The notes under the pieces were generated by a model. It did no database searches. It saw only the letters and a program-made list of their open reading frames with translations, and had not been told where the DNA came from. A stretch of 64,000 bases of DNA, taken from Stegostoma tigrinum (Eukaryota). Location: NCBI RefSeq assembly GCF_030684315.1, contig NC_081355.1, positions 82,298,924 through 82,362,923 of the forward strand. The letters run 5' to 3'. A program made the translations under genes and the position numbers. Positions 12,436 through 26,100 of this stretch are shown here, in pieces. The first letter of the stretch is position 1; each line of letters opens with the position of its first letter.

Positions 12436-14866
12436 ATAATGTAACTGCAGTGTGCATTCAGATTCACAGAACCTCAGATCACACTGTAACATTGAAATTT
12501 CACCAACCTGTACGATTAAAGGAGAGGCACATTATTACATTGTGTGGAGCATTACTAAATACTTTTATCTGAACATCTTTACATAATATGTTCATTTTAA
12601 AATTTTACTAATGCCTGCCAGAAACAGTTGCTTTTGCATTAATTTAGTTTTCGCAGACACAAGGGACAAAGTCCAGATTTGGGCTTGTTGGGGTTTCCTG
12701 CTTCAAGGGCAATTTCTGTTTGCCTTACCAGAATTTCTCCTTCCTATTTCTACAAGTTAATAGTAAATAAAACAATTAGGAAATCCAAATCTAAATGCAT
12801 ATTAAACATCAAGCACTTATAATACATTTCTATTTTTACAAATGTCAAATCGAAGCCTCGTAACGTGTTTTATAGAGCAGGAAGATGAGGGACCATGTAA
12901 AAGGATACCGACATCTCCAAAATGTATTTTTCTCTATTAAGCAACATTGACTCACAAAAGTGTTCAAAAATGTAATGCCTCCCACACTTTCCTGTTTTCT
13001 CTTGCAATGTTTAGGAACACTTATGTTTCCTATTGTCAGATTCTCAGAAGTACTTTAACATGTTTCACATCTGTAAAAACGGGTTAGTGTTTCCATTTCA
13101 CTTGGCAATCAAATAGCTTTTTTTTCTGAAGTTCAGAAGCAAGCTTGTCCTTTTTAGAAACCATGTAATGTATGTGCATTATTGTCCCAGAAATTTGCTC
13201 CTTTAAACCTCCAGTGTGACAGGTAGATGTAATTGTTCCAATGAACAGGAAGTTGTTCACCATGTCGATACAGGCTCAAAGATCAAAGTGCAATGTTCAA
13301 CACTCAAAGTGGGCATTTTTAAAGAAAGCAACCAAATGTCTAACAGCCACCCCCACAACAAGGTTGGCACTTAAATATATTTTTCTTCCTTGAGGAGTCC
13401 TCTTGAGATTTACTCAAGATGTCCTTTTTGATATGTAGGTGTTTCATTCTCATTATCTCCTTAGTTAGGTGATCCAGTCCCATTGTAATAATGTCTTTAG
13501 TATTTGCATTGATATATGGGAGATTCAGAATCATTCAGGATCAGAATTTGAAAAATTTATCAGAATCCTTAGTTATCATCTCTGCTGCATTAAACCTACA
13601 GCGATAACACATGAGAAAAGCTTAATTTCCAAGACACTACAGTGGTTAAATTGTCACAAGATAGCAGGTGTGGTAAGCAATAAAATTTTCCTGAAAATAC
13701 TTTTATGCCCAAGAGATCATTACACTGCACGAAACACACTGTAAATGGATTCATGAGGTCATAGCTAAATGACTGCAGGTTTGTCTCTGCATTGTCACTG
13801 CATCTCCATTACTTCATAGTACGAAAGATGTTTTGAGATGTAATAACGCAAAAATACAAATTGGTATGAAATAACATTTTCATTATAATTTATCCAATTG
13901 ACAATGTTCCTTACAATAGCATCCATTGTATTTTCTTGTATACAGTAGCTCTTAAACTTCTGCAGCCTTAATCTATCTAAATGATCTGGAGGAAGGTATA
14001 GATGGTCTGATTAGCATGTTTGCAGATGACACTAAGATTGGTGGAGTAGCAGATGGTGATGGGAATTTTGGAGAATGCAGCAGAATATAGATAGATTGGA
14101 GAGTTGGCAGGTCATGTTGGAGTCATAGTTGGAGAAATGGCAGATGGAGCTCAATCCAGGCAAATGTGAGGTGATGCATTTTGGAAGATCCAATTCAAGA
14201 GTGAACTATACGGTAAATGGAAACGCCCTGGGGAAGATTGATACACAGAGAGAACTGGGTGTTCAGGTCCATTCTACCCTAAAGGTGGCAATGCAGGTGG
14301 ATAGACTGGTCAAGAAGGCATATGGCATGCTTTCATTCATCGGACGGGGTATTGAGTACAACAGTTGGCAGGTCATATTACAGTTGTATAGGACTTTGGT
14401 TCGGCCACATCTGGAGTACTGTGTACAGTTGTGGTCGCCACATTACCAGAAGGATGTGGATGCTTTGGAAAGGGTGCAGAGGAGGTTCACCAGGATGTTG
14501 CCTGGTATGGAGGGCACTAGCTATGAAGAAAAATTGAGTAGATTACAATTACTTACATTAGAAAGATGGAGATTGAGGGGGTCCTGATTGAGGTCTACAA
14601 AATCATGAGAAGTATAGACAGGGTGGATGGCAAGAAGCTTTTTCCCAGAGTGGGGGATTCAATTACTAGGGGTCACGATTTCAAGGTGAGGGAGGAAACG
14701 TTTAAGGGAGATATGCGTGGAAAGATCTTTATGCAGTGGTTGGTGGGTGCCTGGAACACGTTGCCGGCGGAGATGGGAAAGGCGGCATGAAAGTGTCATT
14801 TAAGATGTATCTAGACAGATACATGAATGGGCAGGGGGCAGAGGGATACAGATCCTTGGAAAATAC

Positions 14867-16076
14867 TGAGATAATGGGAACTGCAGATGCTGGAGAATCC
14901 AAGATAATAAAATGTGAGGCTGGATGAACACAGCAGGCCAAGCAGCATCTCAGGAGCACAAAAGCTGACGTTTCGGGCCTAGACCCTTCATCAGAGAGGG
15001 GGATTGGGTGAGGGATCTGGAATAAAGAGGGAGAGAGGGGGAGGCGGACCGAAGATGGAGAGAAAAGAAGAAAGGTGGAGAGAGTATAGGTGGGGAGCTA
15101 GGGAGGGGATAGGTCAGTCCAGGGAAGACGGACAGGTCAAGGAGGTGGGATGAGGTTAGTAGGTAGGAGATGGGGGTGCGGCTTGGGGTGGGAGGAAGGG
15201 ATGGGTGAGAGGAAGCACAGGTTAGGGAGGCAGAGACAGGTTGGACTGGTTTTGGGATGCAGTGGGTGGAGGGGAAGAGCTGGGCTGGTTGTGTGGTGCA
15301 GTGGGGGGAGGGGACGAAGTGGGCTTATTTAGGGATGCGGTGGGGGAAGGGGAGATTTTGAAGCTGGTGAAGTCCACATTGATACCATTAGGCTGCAGGG
15401 TTCCCAAGCGGAATATGAGTTGCTGTTCCTACAACCTTCGGGTGGCATCATTGTGGCATTGCAGGAGGCCCATGATGGACATGTCATCTAAAGAATGGGA
15501 GGGGGAGTGGAAATGGTTTGCGACTGGGAGGTGCAGTTGTTTGTTGCGAACCGAGCGGAGGTGTTCTGCAAAGCGGTCCCCAAGCCTCCGCTTGGTTTCC
15601 CCAATGTAGAGAAAGCCACACCGGATACAGTGGATGCAGTATACCACATTGGCAGATGTGCAGGTGAAACTCTGCTTAATGTGGAATGTCATCTTGGGGC
15701 CTGGGATAGGGGTGAGGGAGGAGGTGTGGGGGCAAGTGTAGCATTTCCTGCGGTTGCAGGGGAAGGTGCCGGGTGTGGTGGGGTTGGAGGGCAGTGTGGA
15801 GCGAACAAGGGAGTCACGGAGAGAGTGGTCTCTCTGGAAAGCAGACAGGGGTGGAGATGGAAAAATGTCTTGGGTGGTGGGGTCGGATTGTAGATGGCGG
15901 AAGTGTCGGAGGATGATGTGTTGTATCCGGAGGTTGGTGGGGTGGTGTGTGAGAACGAGGGGGATCCTCTTTGTGCGGTTGTGGCGGGGGTGGGGTGTGA
16001 GGGATGTGTTGCGGGAAGTGCGGGAGACGCGGTCAAGGGCGTTCTCGATCACTGTGGGGAGAAAGTTGCGGTCCTT
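14867..16076 (-). mobile_element. Young PLE, 5'-truncated, Neptune-type (Cys-rich linker + GIY-YIG)
   Basis: ORF 15429..16052 with PCNRRKCYTC linker and VVYCIHCIRCGFLYIGET; intact hammerhead motif 14967-14994; TSD gaaaatac (14859-14866 / 16077-16084). Confidence 0.92.
14967..14994 (-). ncRNA. Minimal type I hammerhead ribozyme motif in PLE pLTR
   Basis: Minus strand CTGATGA-A-GGGT(CTAG)GCCC-GAAA-CGTC: both conserved core boxes, stem II and a GUC triplet. Activity is not shown. Confidence 0.7.
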
Positions 16077-17119
16077 GAAAATACATGACAGGTTTAGATA
16101 GAGGATCTGGATTGGTACAGGCTTGGAGGTCCAAAGGGCCTGTTCCTGTGCTGTAATTTTCTTTGTTCTTAATTGAGAGACTCCACAATCATTTGCAAGG
16201 AATTTATTACCTTGGTGATTTCGAGTTATCCTGGTGCCCAGTTAGCTGTGTATGGTTTTGATAAAAGGCTCAAAACTAGTTTCACCTTTTAGTAGTGCTT
16301 CTACAAATGCTCCTTGCTTCAGAGCATCTTTCCCTACCTTTGCAGACCCTCACATCTCCTTTGTCGCCTCACTACTGTTTCCAACCTTGCTAGTCTCTCG
16401 CTCCCCTGATTCAGCTTCTTTTTTTCCTGGGGTCGTGCTTTAACCAACCCTCACCTCCTGTGCCTGCCCCATCCATTCAGTACCTTTCAACCCACATCAT
16501 CAGCTTTGTTTTTGTCAGCCATGTCTCTTGCTTCCATTCCACACTTGCTCTGACAGTGACAGCCTTGCTCCCGTTACTACGCCCACCTTTAATCACAAGC
16601 TGGCTCTAGTTCTCATCCATATTTGGGCTCTCTATGAATCTATTGGCAACAAATGTGAGAGAAACAGTGTATGAGTGGCGGAATGGTCGCTTAGGGAATT
16701 ATAACAATCCCACCTAAGTGGGTGATTTTTATCCCATTGAGCACTGTGAGGGAATTTTTCCAGGTTATTTGGGATTTTTCGAGGGCGAATTAGTCCACTG
16801 CCACTGTGTATTTTGAGCGCTATGGTGCAAGGTGTATTCAAGAAAAATATGTTATATTTTGTGACATAACAGGACCTTGTTTGTTCTGATCTAATCAAGA
16901 TAGTGAGTTTTTAAAGCTGGAGCTGGGATAGACAGATATGCTCCTGAAGATCATGGATGCTGTTGGACTTCAACACCTATCTCCATATTCTTTTCATCAG
17001 CAGTAATTGTGCATTCCCTAATTAACACAAATCTCTTGTCTGATTTGCTATAGCTCCTTGTCTACTCTCCCATGAACTCTCCTGATCACTAGTCACCGCT
17101 TCTCTTCCTTTGGTCACTA

Positions 17120-18380
17120 AAATCCTCTCTAAATCTAATCTTGGAGGCTTCTGAACTACTGGTATCATATTTACTTCTTTCAGATGTTGAATATTAGGTC
17201 TTGGAATTTATCAGCCTTCAGTCCCATTAAGTTCTTGAACACAACCTTCCTCCTAATACTATTTTTGCTCATTTCCTCATTTGCCCTTGTCCCCTGGATC
17301 TCAAATTCTGGGAGATTTCTTGTATCTTCCTCAGTGAAGATTGATACAAATTAATCGTTGAGCTATTCTATCATTATTCTGTTTCCATTATACATTCCCC
17401 TTACTCTGGATCCACATTTGCCTTAGATAAATGTTTCATTTGTAACATAACTGTAGATGCTTTGATAGTCCATTCTATGTCTTTTCTGATTGTTTGGAAT
17501 TTTGTGCCTAGAAAGAATGTTTGGCATCCTTGATCCTGGACCTAAGGAAGCAACACACCACCCTGAAGTCACATACGTTGCTACAAAGACACTTGTTTGA
17601 TCTCTTGACTATGAAATCCACCGTCTCTACTGCTCTTTCACTCTCCTTTGACCGTCCTTTTCAGCTGAGCAATCCATGGTGCCACAGACATGGCTCAGGC
17701 AGTACTCACCTGAGGGACGATCACCCTCACCAGTGTCCAAACTTGACAACTGATAGGAAAGCAAGACAAACTCAGGGGACTCCTTCTCTGCTTGTCTAGT
17801 TCATTTAGACTGTCAGTCACCCATTCCCCCCTGTGCCTGTACATTCCTAGCCCGCAGTGTGACCATCTCACTAGAACCAGATTTTCATTCGATATTAGCC
17901 CGTTAAAATTTCCCGTTTATCAGATCTCATTGCAGAGAGTTCAGCTCCTTTTTGGGCCAGATCTTTATCTTTGTCATTATATCATACTTCTAGATTGCTA
18001 CCTGCAACTGCAGCTCACTAATCTTATTTTCCATACTTCGGCCATTCATATACATGCACTAGTGTCCACCTTAGATCCTGTTTCATTCCCATCTTAGTCT
18101 ATTCCACTTAAAACCCTCTGTTTCTTATTTTAGTACTGTCTGTTTCTCCCAATTACTTGTACAAGTAGCTTTTTCCCTTTCTAATGTTATTACTGGGTTC
18201 CCATTACCCCCTCCAAATTAATCTAAACCCTCTCTAAAAGCACAAGCAAACTACCCTACAAGGACATTGATGCTTGCTCTATTCAGGGGCACCCCTTCCT
18301 GTCCAAACTGTCTCTCCCTTTAAAATGGCACTAATTCTCCAGGAATCTAACACTCACGTTCCAGGACCGTCTCTCCAGCC
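17120..18380 (-). mobile_element. Old CR1 relic (ORF1 end and ORF2 parts)
   Basis: Degenerate similarity to the CR1 ORF1 C-terminus (NVLVG-FACAFREGL) and RT-proximal sequence. Confidence 0.45.
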
Positions 18381-20266
18381 ATACAGCTAGAAAAGATAAA
18401 TCAAGACGTTAGGATTATCAATTTATTCATTAGATTTATATGCCATAACAAAGGACTGTTTATCTATGGAATCCTCCTTGCATCCTGTTGTAACTTGGGC
18501 AAAAGTTCATTACAGTGGGACTACCTCAACTGTAAATTATCATCAATTAGTTTAATTTTCACCTTGACTTCCAGATATGAAACTGCAGTTGAAAAATTGT
18601 AACTTCTGCAAAAAATGTCCTGTTTGTATTTGGACTGATCTCAGCCAACTTTAAATGTCAGTTATTAAATATAGTGACCCTGCAGCAACTTGAAAATGTT
18701 TGTATCATTTTCAAAACGCTATTTGATCATATAATTATTCTGGAACAATTCAGCCTTTCTCATGATTCAATTACTTATTCAAATCTTTCAGAAAGAATTA
18801 CCTGACATAGGAGGAATTGCAACTGAGGCGAGTTTGGTCTAATTATGCACCCCATACACATTTATGGGAATCTTCTCAGTCTGGTACAGGACATTGTAAC
18901 TTTTCCATTGTTATTTATGATGATTGACAAAGGTAATTGAAGCATTGGATCTGTTATATAATTTAGTTTATAGTGAAGACAATCTGAAGAAAATAAAATT
19001 TGATTTATAATTGTTCAAAAATATGGAAATATTCTGAGGCTCAGAGCTAAACAGGAAATTTAAGAAATCACAGGGGAACTCTACTGAAGCTTACTGAATT
19101 CCTTCCCTTAGATTATGCAGAAACAATGAAAACTGTGAATAAACAGAAAACTTTGGAAGATAGTAGCTTTCTCAAGGCTTTTAAAGAGGATATGTATTGT
19201 TATTCCTTTATAAGGACAAGTCAGACATAAATTTGTGGAATTGCAATGAAAAGGAATGAATTACAGTGAAATCACACTGAATCAAATTAGGATATGCTGA
19301 AAATCTGGTTCTGGCAAAATTATCAGCTATTCCTGCTGGCAGAATAAGAAATCTAAGGATTCCTATGACAACCAGCATTCTAGTTTGGTAACTGGTAATT
19401 CTGGATCAGCTGAATTTGTGGATGCTTGCTATATGACTGCATCAACTGGTTGGAGTGGAAATTGGCCATGTTAAGGCATGAAGTCATGCAAAGTATCATT
19501 TGATATTGAGATCATTCCAAATCTGCAAATATGGCTAAACCCGAGAGTCGTTTAGCGGTGTTTATAGAAGGCAAAGTGAAGTTGATACAGCAAGCAGAAA
19601 ACTGTGATGTGAAGTGAAAAGATTTTCTCGCCTCCCACCAACATGGTCATGCTCCAACCATGTTTGATGATATGGTTAACTGTATTTCACTCATCTGAAG
19701 ACAGCATTCTGTGCCCAAAAAAGACTAGTGAGTTTTTCTACATGTAACTCCCAGTATTTTTCTATGCCTTTTACTGTACAATGTCAATCCATTGTTAGGA
19801 GCGAACACATTGAAAATGATATCAGTTCAGCCCATGCTCCTGCTTACAGTCCTGCAAGAGAAAAATCTTGGCTTATTTTCAGAACAGGAACCGAGGTGTG
19901 ACAGCATTTTCAGGAGATCCCCCAATCCATGGAAAGGTTTGGAAAACACTGGCAGAGAAAACATCTGCCTATATTTAAATTCTCAGCATTTTGCTGTGAA
20001 TTGTTTTGCTTGGGTTCATCATGATCTATAATATTGGTTATCACAAATCTATTGTTCTGATCCCTTTGGAGATCAACTAATCAAAGAAGTGAATTTATTG
20101 AACAACAGCAACAAGAAAACCAATCACTTTAAAATTCGAACTCAGTTGAATATGAAATATATTTGTTACATTGCACATTACTTGGTAACTCACTCAACAC
20201 TAATGGCAACATTTTAGCCAAATATTAATTCAAGTATCTGATCTTTGTCAAACAAAATCCTACCTT

Positions 20267-20426
20267 CAGAGATAATAGGAACTGCAGATGCTGGAGAATC
20301 CAAGACAACAAGGTGTAGAGCTGGATAAACACAGCCTTCCTGCTCCTAAGATGCTGCTAAGCTTTCCTGCTCCTAAGATGCTGCTTGGCCTGCTGTGTTC
20401 ATCCAGCTCTACACCTTGTTGTCTCT
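20267..20426. mobile_element. Palindromic PLE pLTR mini-element, family 1, with internal tandem duplication
   Basis: Tail on the left arm; TSD aaaatcctac(c/t)tt (20254-20266 / 20427-20439). Confidence 0.85.
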
Positions 20427-21854
20427 AAAATCCTACTTTTGTTTCTTCAAAGATCAAGCCACCAACTTATATTCAATTTGTGTTCCAAATCATGTTCCAA
20501 AAGTACGACATTCAACAAAAAGGCAGACTTTTCCAGAATCTCCTCCACTCTGCTTATGACAAGGCTTCATAGTTAGGATTCATCAATGTTACCTATATTT
20601 CAACCTTAAGTGACAACTCTGTACACCATATAGTCAAGTGTGTGCGTCAATTAATTTAAATAACAGAAACAACTGTAACAACCTTATATTTGTCTATTGA
20701 CGGTTCCAGGATCCAGCTTTCATTTTCTTCAGTCTTCTTGTTAGGTAATTTGAACATGGACTATGGTGCCTTTTATGCAATTTCGACCAGTTTCAGTTTC
20801 TCTTTCAGTTACAGTCTGAATCATAAAACTTCAAACTTTGAAACCAGTGTCAGTAGACCCAACAAAATATTCAAAAAATCATCTGTTCCATCAAGAGCTC
20901 ACACAGGCTCCTTACTGGTCCTACAAACCATGAACTCTAACAAACACTTGTAACAATAATGCATTAGTTTTAGGATATTGTTTTGTTCATTTGCACACTA
21001 TGTACTTACCCACGCTTTATAACTTAACCATGGAATGTTTTCTGCTTCAAATATTCTTTTGTAATAACAGCAAAAGAGGAGTTACAATGCAGATTCAGTG
21101 ATAGTTTACCAGGGATGCAAAGATATAGTTACGGAATAAAAGAATTGCTAAGTTCGCACATTTTCTTACTCCTGCATAGGAGTGACTTGATTTATATCTT
21201 CAAGTTATAGTTAGATAAATGACTAAAAGTTAAGCTGCATTGATTAGCAAAATGGTGATAAGCAGGTACAAATTTTAAATGATAATTAAAAGACTTGAAT
21301 GGGAGTTTAGTAAAAATAACTCAGCGCTGTAAGTTAGTTAAAGCAGGAATTCTTGATGACAGGCTTTGAGTTTTCCTGAGTAGTTTTTCCTGTGAAATGT
21401 TATGGAATACACATTGAAGCTAAAAGGATTAACATCATATGGTATGCAACCATGCTTTGTAAACAAAAGTGCATGACTTTGAACAGACAGTATCTTGCCT
21501 GTTTAAAGACATGTTGATAGAAGTTGGGCTACATGATGCCTCACTGAGAAAGACCACAGACAAATGCTGTAGCAAACTGAGTACATTAGATGGCTCTATT
21601 GGAAGGTTTTCTTTCACATCGAAGCAAACAAAAGCAAGTTTTGTAGTGTATTTAACCTTGAGTTGTGAGTGCTTACCACTGATATAGATTCCCAGTTCTT
21701 GGAGTGGGGCCTGCAAGTTGTGACCTTGCCATACCTATTCAAATTGAGATGTGCAACAGACAAACTTGTTACACCCACTTGTCACAATGATTCTGCAGTT
21801 GACCTAAGTAGCTCCAACTCTGCTTCTTTATTCACCCATGTTGCCTGTGTTTGC

Positions 21855-21876
21855 GGGGGGGGGGGGGGGGGGGGGG
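21855..21876. repeat. Poly-G homopolymer (22 nt)
   Basis: Seen directly. Confidence 0.9.
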
Positions 21877-23129
21877 TGGCAAACAGCATTATAGACTACA
21901 CGGTGAAGCCAGCCTGCTGTTCTGATAAATTCACTTCTGTATTAAAGGGAGGGTGAACCCTGAACTGAAGTCTGTGGGAAATTCAACCTGGGAAACTCTA
22001 TGAACCATAACGGCATTACACACGAGGGAGCATGCAGCCTGATTCCATAGTACTAGTCAGGAGGCAGTATTGTGAGTTCCAGGAGGGATGCTACCTTTGC
22101 AGGTGGAGCTGCATTGCACCGACCTCAGAAGGGAGCAGGAGCATGTCACCACAAGGGTCTGGTCCTAGCTCTGCCAGAAAACATGCAATGGGCAGAATCT
22201 TTCCAGGCCCTGACTAACGTGGGTTCTGACGAGAAATTTGGGAGAATCCTGTGAGACATCAAGGAAGACTTTACTCAATGCATGTTCCAACTACTTCCTG
22301 GGCATTGAGACAAAATTCGTAGTGAGCAACAAGAGACCTATTAACAGAGATTATCACTCATCACCCTCATTACTAACAAATCCCACCTCCTTAATATGCA
22401 GATTTCCACTCTACCGATCACCAGATAGAAACTAGGTGCCAAGGATCCCTGACTGAAAACCAGTTCAGGTATCTAGTGACTCCAGCTCACTGCTTGCTCT
22501 TTGAGACCTCCACCTAGGCCATTTGGCAACAGTGTCAGAGGGCATACTCCATGAGCATGAGAATCTAACCAAACATGTTCAGTGCTAAAACTTTTGAATT
22601 TAAAATAATATTCAGAATAATACACACTATAGGGCATTGTGCCACAGATGACCTTCTACAACAGTTGCCACAACAAAATGCAGTAGCCAGGAACATTACA
22701 TTTAATAAAATGTCTCATTCTTGGCCTAAAATTGAGCGCAGAATGCCAAAATGTCATCATGTCTGATGAACAACCAGAACTGCGGCTCTTTGAGACTTGG
22801 CTACAGTGACAAAGATGCTGTTTCTTTGTCTGTCCCGCCATTAATTAATTCGGTGCTTCACATAAAATAACCTCCTAATTAGTGTAACTGTCTATGCAGA
22901 ATTGTTGTCAAGAACTGGCACTGTGTCTTTAATAGGGGATATGATCAGCGTATTTGGAAAACTATCTTAATACATTATATAATTCTTTATGAGCTTCAGA
23001 ATAGATTGTGGAGAAATCTTACAATGCCCATGTATGTAAAATGTGGTCTAATAAATTTGGGATTGGTCGGTGATATTACTTCCCTCATACTTATAATTGC
23101 CAACTGCTTTATAATTCTTTCTATTAAAA

Positions 23130-26100
23130 AAAGACTTGGGTATAGCATATTCACTTCCCTCACTTAAGTTATGAATATACACGTTGCAAATAATTGTGGC
23201 CCCAGCAGTGATCCCTGTGGCACAACACGAGCTGCTGGTTGCCATCCCAAAAATGCCCACCTTATCCCAACTCTGTCTTCTGTTAGATTGCCAGCTCTAC
23301 AAGCTAATAGTCTACTTCCAACATCATGGGTTCTTTTCTCATTAAGTAACCTATGTGTGGCACCTTATCAAATACCTTATGAAAATTCATCTATGTATCA
23401 TCCACCACTTCCTCTTTATATAACCTGATTGTTACCCCCTCAAAGAATTCTTCATAAATTCATGCTAATTCTGCATGATCATACTATGCATTTCTAAATG
23501 CTTTGTGATTTCATTCTTTATAATAAACTCAAGCATTTTTCCAATAACAGACATCAAGCTAATTGGTCAGTTGTTGCCTGTGTTTTGTTTGTCTCCTTTC
23601 TTTTTTAAATAAAAATATTTTATTGGCAGTTTTCCAGTCCTCTGGGACTTATCTAGAATCTAAGGACTTCTATAAGATTGCTATTCCTGTAGCTACTTCC
23701 TTTAATATTCTGGGATGCATTCCGTCAGGTTCAGGGACTGAGTATTCTTTATGAACACAGCAGGCCAAGCAGCAACTTAGGAGCAGGAAAACTGATGTTT
23801 TGGGCCTAGACCCTTCATCAGAAATGGGGGAGGGGAAGAGGGTTCTGAAATAAATAGGGAGAGAAGGGGAGGCGGATCGAAGATGGAAAGAGGATAATAT
23901 AAGTGGAGAGGAGACAGACAAGTTAAAAAGGTGGGGATGGAGCCAGTGAAGGTGAGTGTAGGTGGGGAAGAATGGAGGAGATAGGTCAGTCCGGAGAGGA
24001 CGGACAGGTCAAGGGGGCAGGATGAGGTTAACAGGTAGGAAATGGGGGTGCAGCTTGAGGTGGGAGAAAGTGATAGATGAGAGGAAGTACAACTTAGGGA
24101 GGCGGGGATGAGCTAGGCCGGTTTTGTGATGTGGTAGGGGGAGGGGAGATTTTGAAGCTTGTGAAATCCACATTGATCCCATTAGGCTGCAGGGTTCCCA
24201 AGTGGAATATGAGTTGCTGTTCCTGCAACCTTTGGGTGGCATCATGCCCACCGGCCTGACCAGTCCCCCTCGACTGACACCCTCATCTGCTTAGCCAAAC
24301 TCATCCTCACCCTCAACAACCTCTCTTTCAATTCCTCCCACTTCCTACAGACAAAGGGGGTGGGCATGGGTACCTGCATGGGCCCAAGCTATGCCTACCT
24401 CTTTGTAGGTTACATGGAACAATCCCTCTTTTACACCTACACTGGCCCTAAACCCCACCTCTTCCTCTGTTACATTGATGACTGTATCGGCACCGCCTCG
24501 TGCTCCCACGAGGAGCTCGAACAGTTCATCCACTTCACCAACACCTTTCACCCCAACCTCAAGTTCACCTGGACCATCTCTAACACCTCCCTCACCTTCC
24601 TGGACCTCTCTATCTCCATCTCGGGCAACCACCTAGAAACCTACATCCATTTCAAGCCCACTGACTCCCATAGCTACCTAGAACACACCTGCTTCCAAAT
24701 ACATTCCTGCAAAAATTCCACCCCCTATTCCCAATTACTTCGCCTCTGCCACACCTGCTCCCAGGATGAGGCATTCCATTCCCGTACATCTCAGATGTCC
24801 TTGTTTTTCAAGGACCGCAACTTCCCCCCCCTCAGTTGTCGAGAACGCCCTCGACCGTGTTTCCCACATTTCCTGCAACTCATCCCTCACAATCCCACAC
24901 TGTCCCTACAATAACAACCAAAAAAAATCCCCCTCGTCCTCACATACCCCTCCACCAACCTCCGGATCCAACGCATCATTCTCCGACACTTCCGCCATCT
25001 GCAATCCAACCGCACCATCAAAGACACTTTTCCCTCCTCACCCTTGTCTGCTTTCCAGAGGAACCATTCTCCCCGTGACTCCCTTGTCCGCTCTACACTC
25101 CCTTCCAGCGCCAACACACCTGGCATTTTTCCCTGCAACTGCAGGAAGTGCTACACTTGTCCCCACACCTCCTCCCTCACCCCCATCCCACGCCCCAAGA
25201 AGACTTTCCACATCTAGCAGAGGTTCACCTGCACATCTGCCAATGTGGTATACTGCATCCGCTGTTCCCGTTGTGGCCTCCTCTACATTGTGGAAACCAA
25301 GGGGAGGTTTGGGGACCGCTTTGCAGAACACCTCCGCTTGGCTTGCAATAAACAACTGTACCTCCCAGTCATGAACCATTTCAACGACCCCTCCATTCGT
25401 CAGATGACATGTCAATCCTTGGCCTCCTGCAGTGCCACAACGATGCCACCTGAAGGTTGCAGGAACAGCAACTGTTATTCTGCTTGGGAACCCTGCAGTC
25501 CAATGGTGTCAATGTGGATTTCACAAGCTTCAAATTCTCCCCTCCCCCTATCACATCACAAACCAGTCTAGCTCTGCCCTGCCTCCCTAGGCTGTTCTTC
25601 CTCTCATCTATCCTCTCCTCCCACCTCAACCCACACCCCTATTTCTTACCTACTAACCTCATCCCGCCCCCTTGACCTCTCCGTCCTCTCTGGACTGACC
25701 TATCCCCTCCCTACCTCCCCACCTACGCTCACCTTTACTGGCTCTATCCCCGCCTCTTTAACTTGTCTGTCTCCTCTCCACTTATCTTCTCTATCCATCT
25801 TCAATCCACCTCACCCCTCCCCCCTCCCCCTATTTATTTCAGAACCCACTTCCTCTCCCCCATTTCTGATGAAGGGTCTAGGTCCGAAACGTCAGCTTTT
25901 GTGCTCCTGAGATGCTGCTTGGCCTGCTGTGTTCATCCAGCTCCACACTTTGTTATCTCAGATTCTCTAGCATCTGCAGTTTCTATTATCACTGAGTAGT
26001 CTTTGCCCTGTTTTAGTATACCTAGCTGTTTTTTCTCTGGTGATAATGATTTGAATTTATTTCTTGTGCTATTATGCTTTGAATATTTAGTCATTTTTGA

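Larger units (their letters stand above)
13980..16170 (+). mobile_element. CR1 LINE 3' part (RT FADDTK to tail), interrupted by a PLE at 14867-16076
   Basis: ISMFADDTKIGG; ORF 14129..14587 (YRTLVRPHLEYCVQLWSPH); tail resumes at 16085. Confidence 0.9.

Noticed and set aside
21855-21876. Poly-G as a functional G-quadruplex
   Set aside because: An isolated homopolymer whose length is error-prone, with no supporting context.
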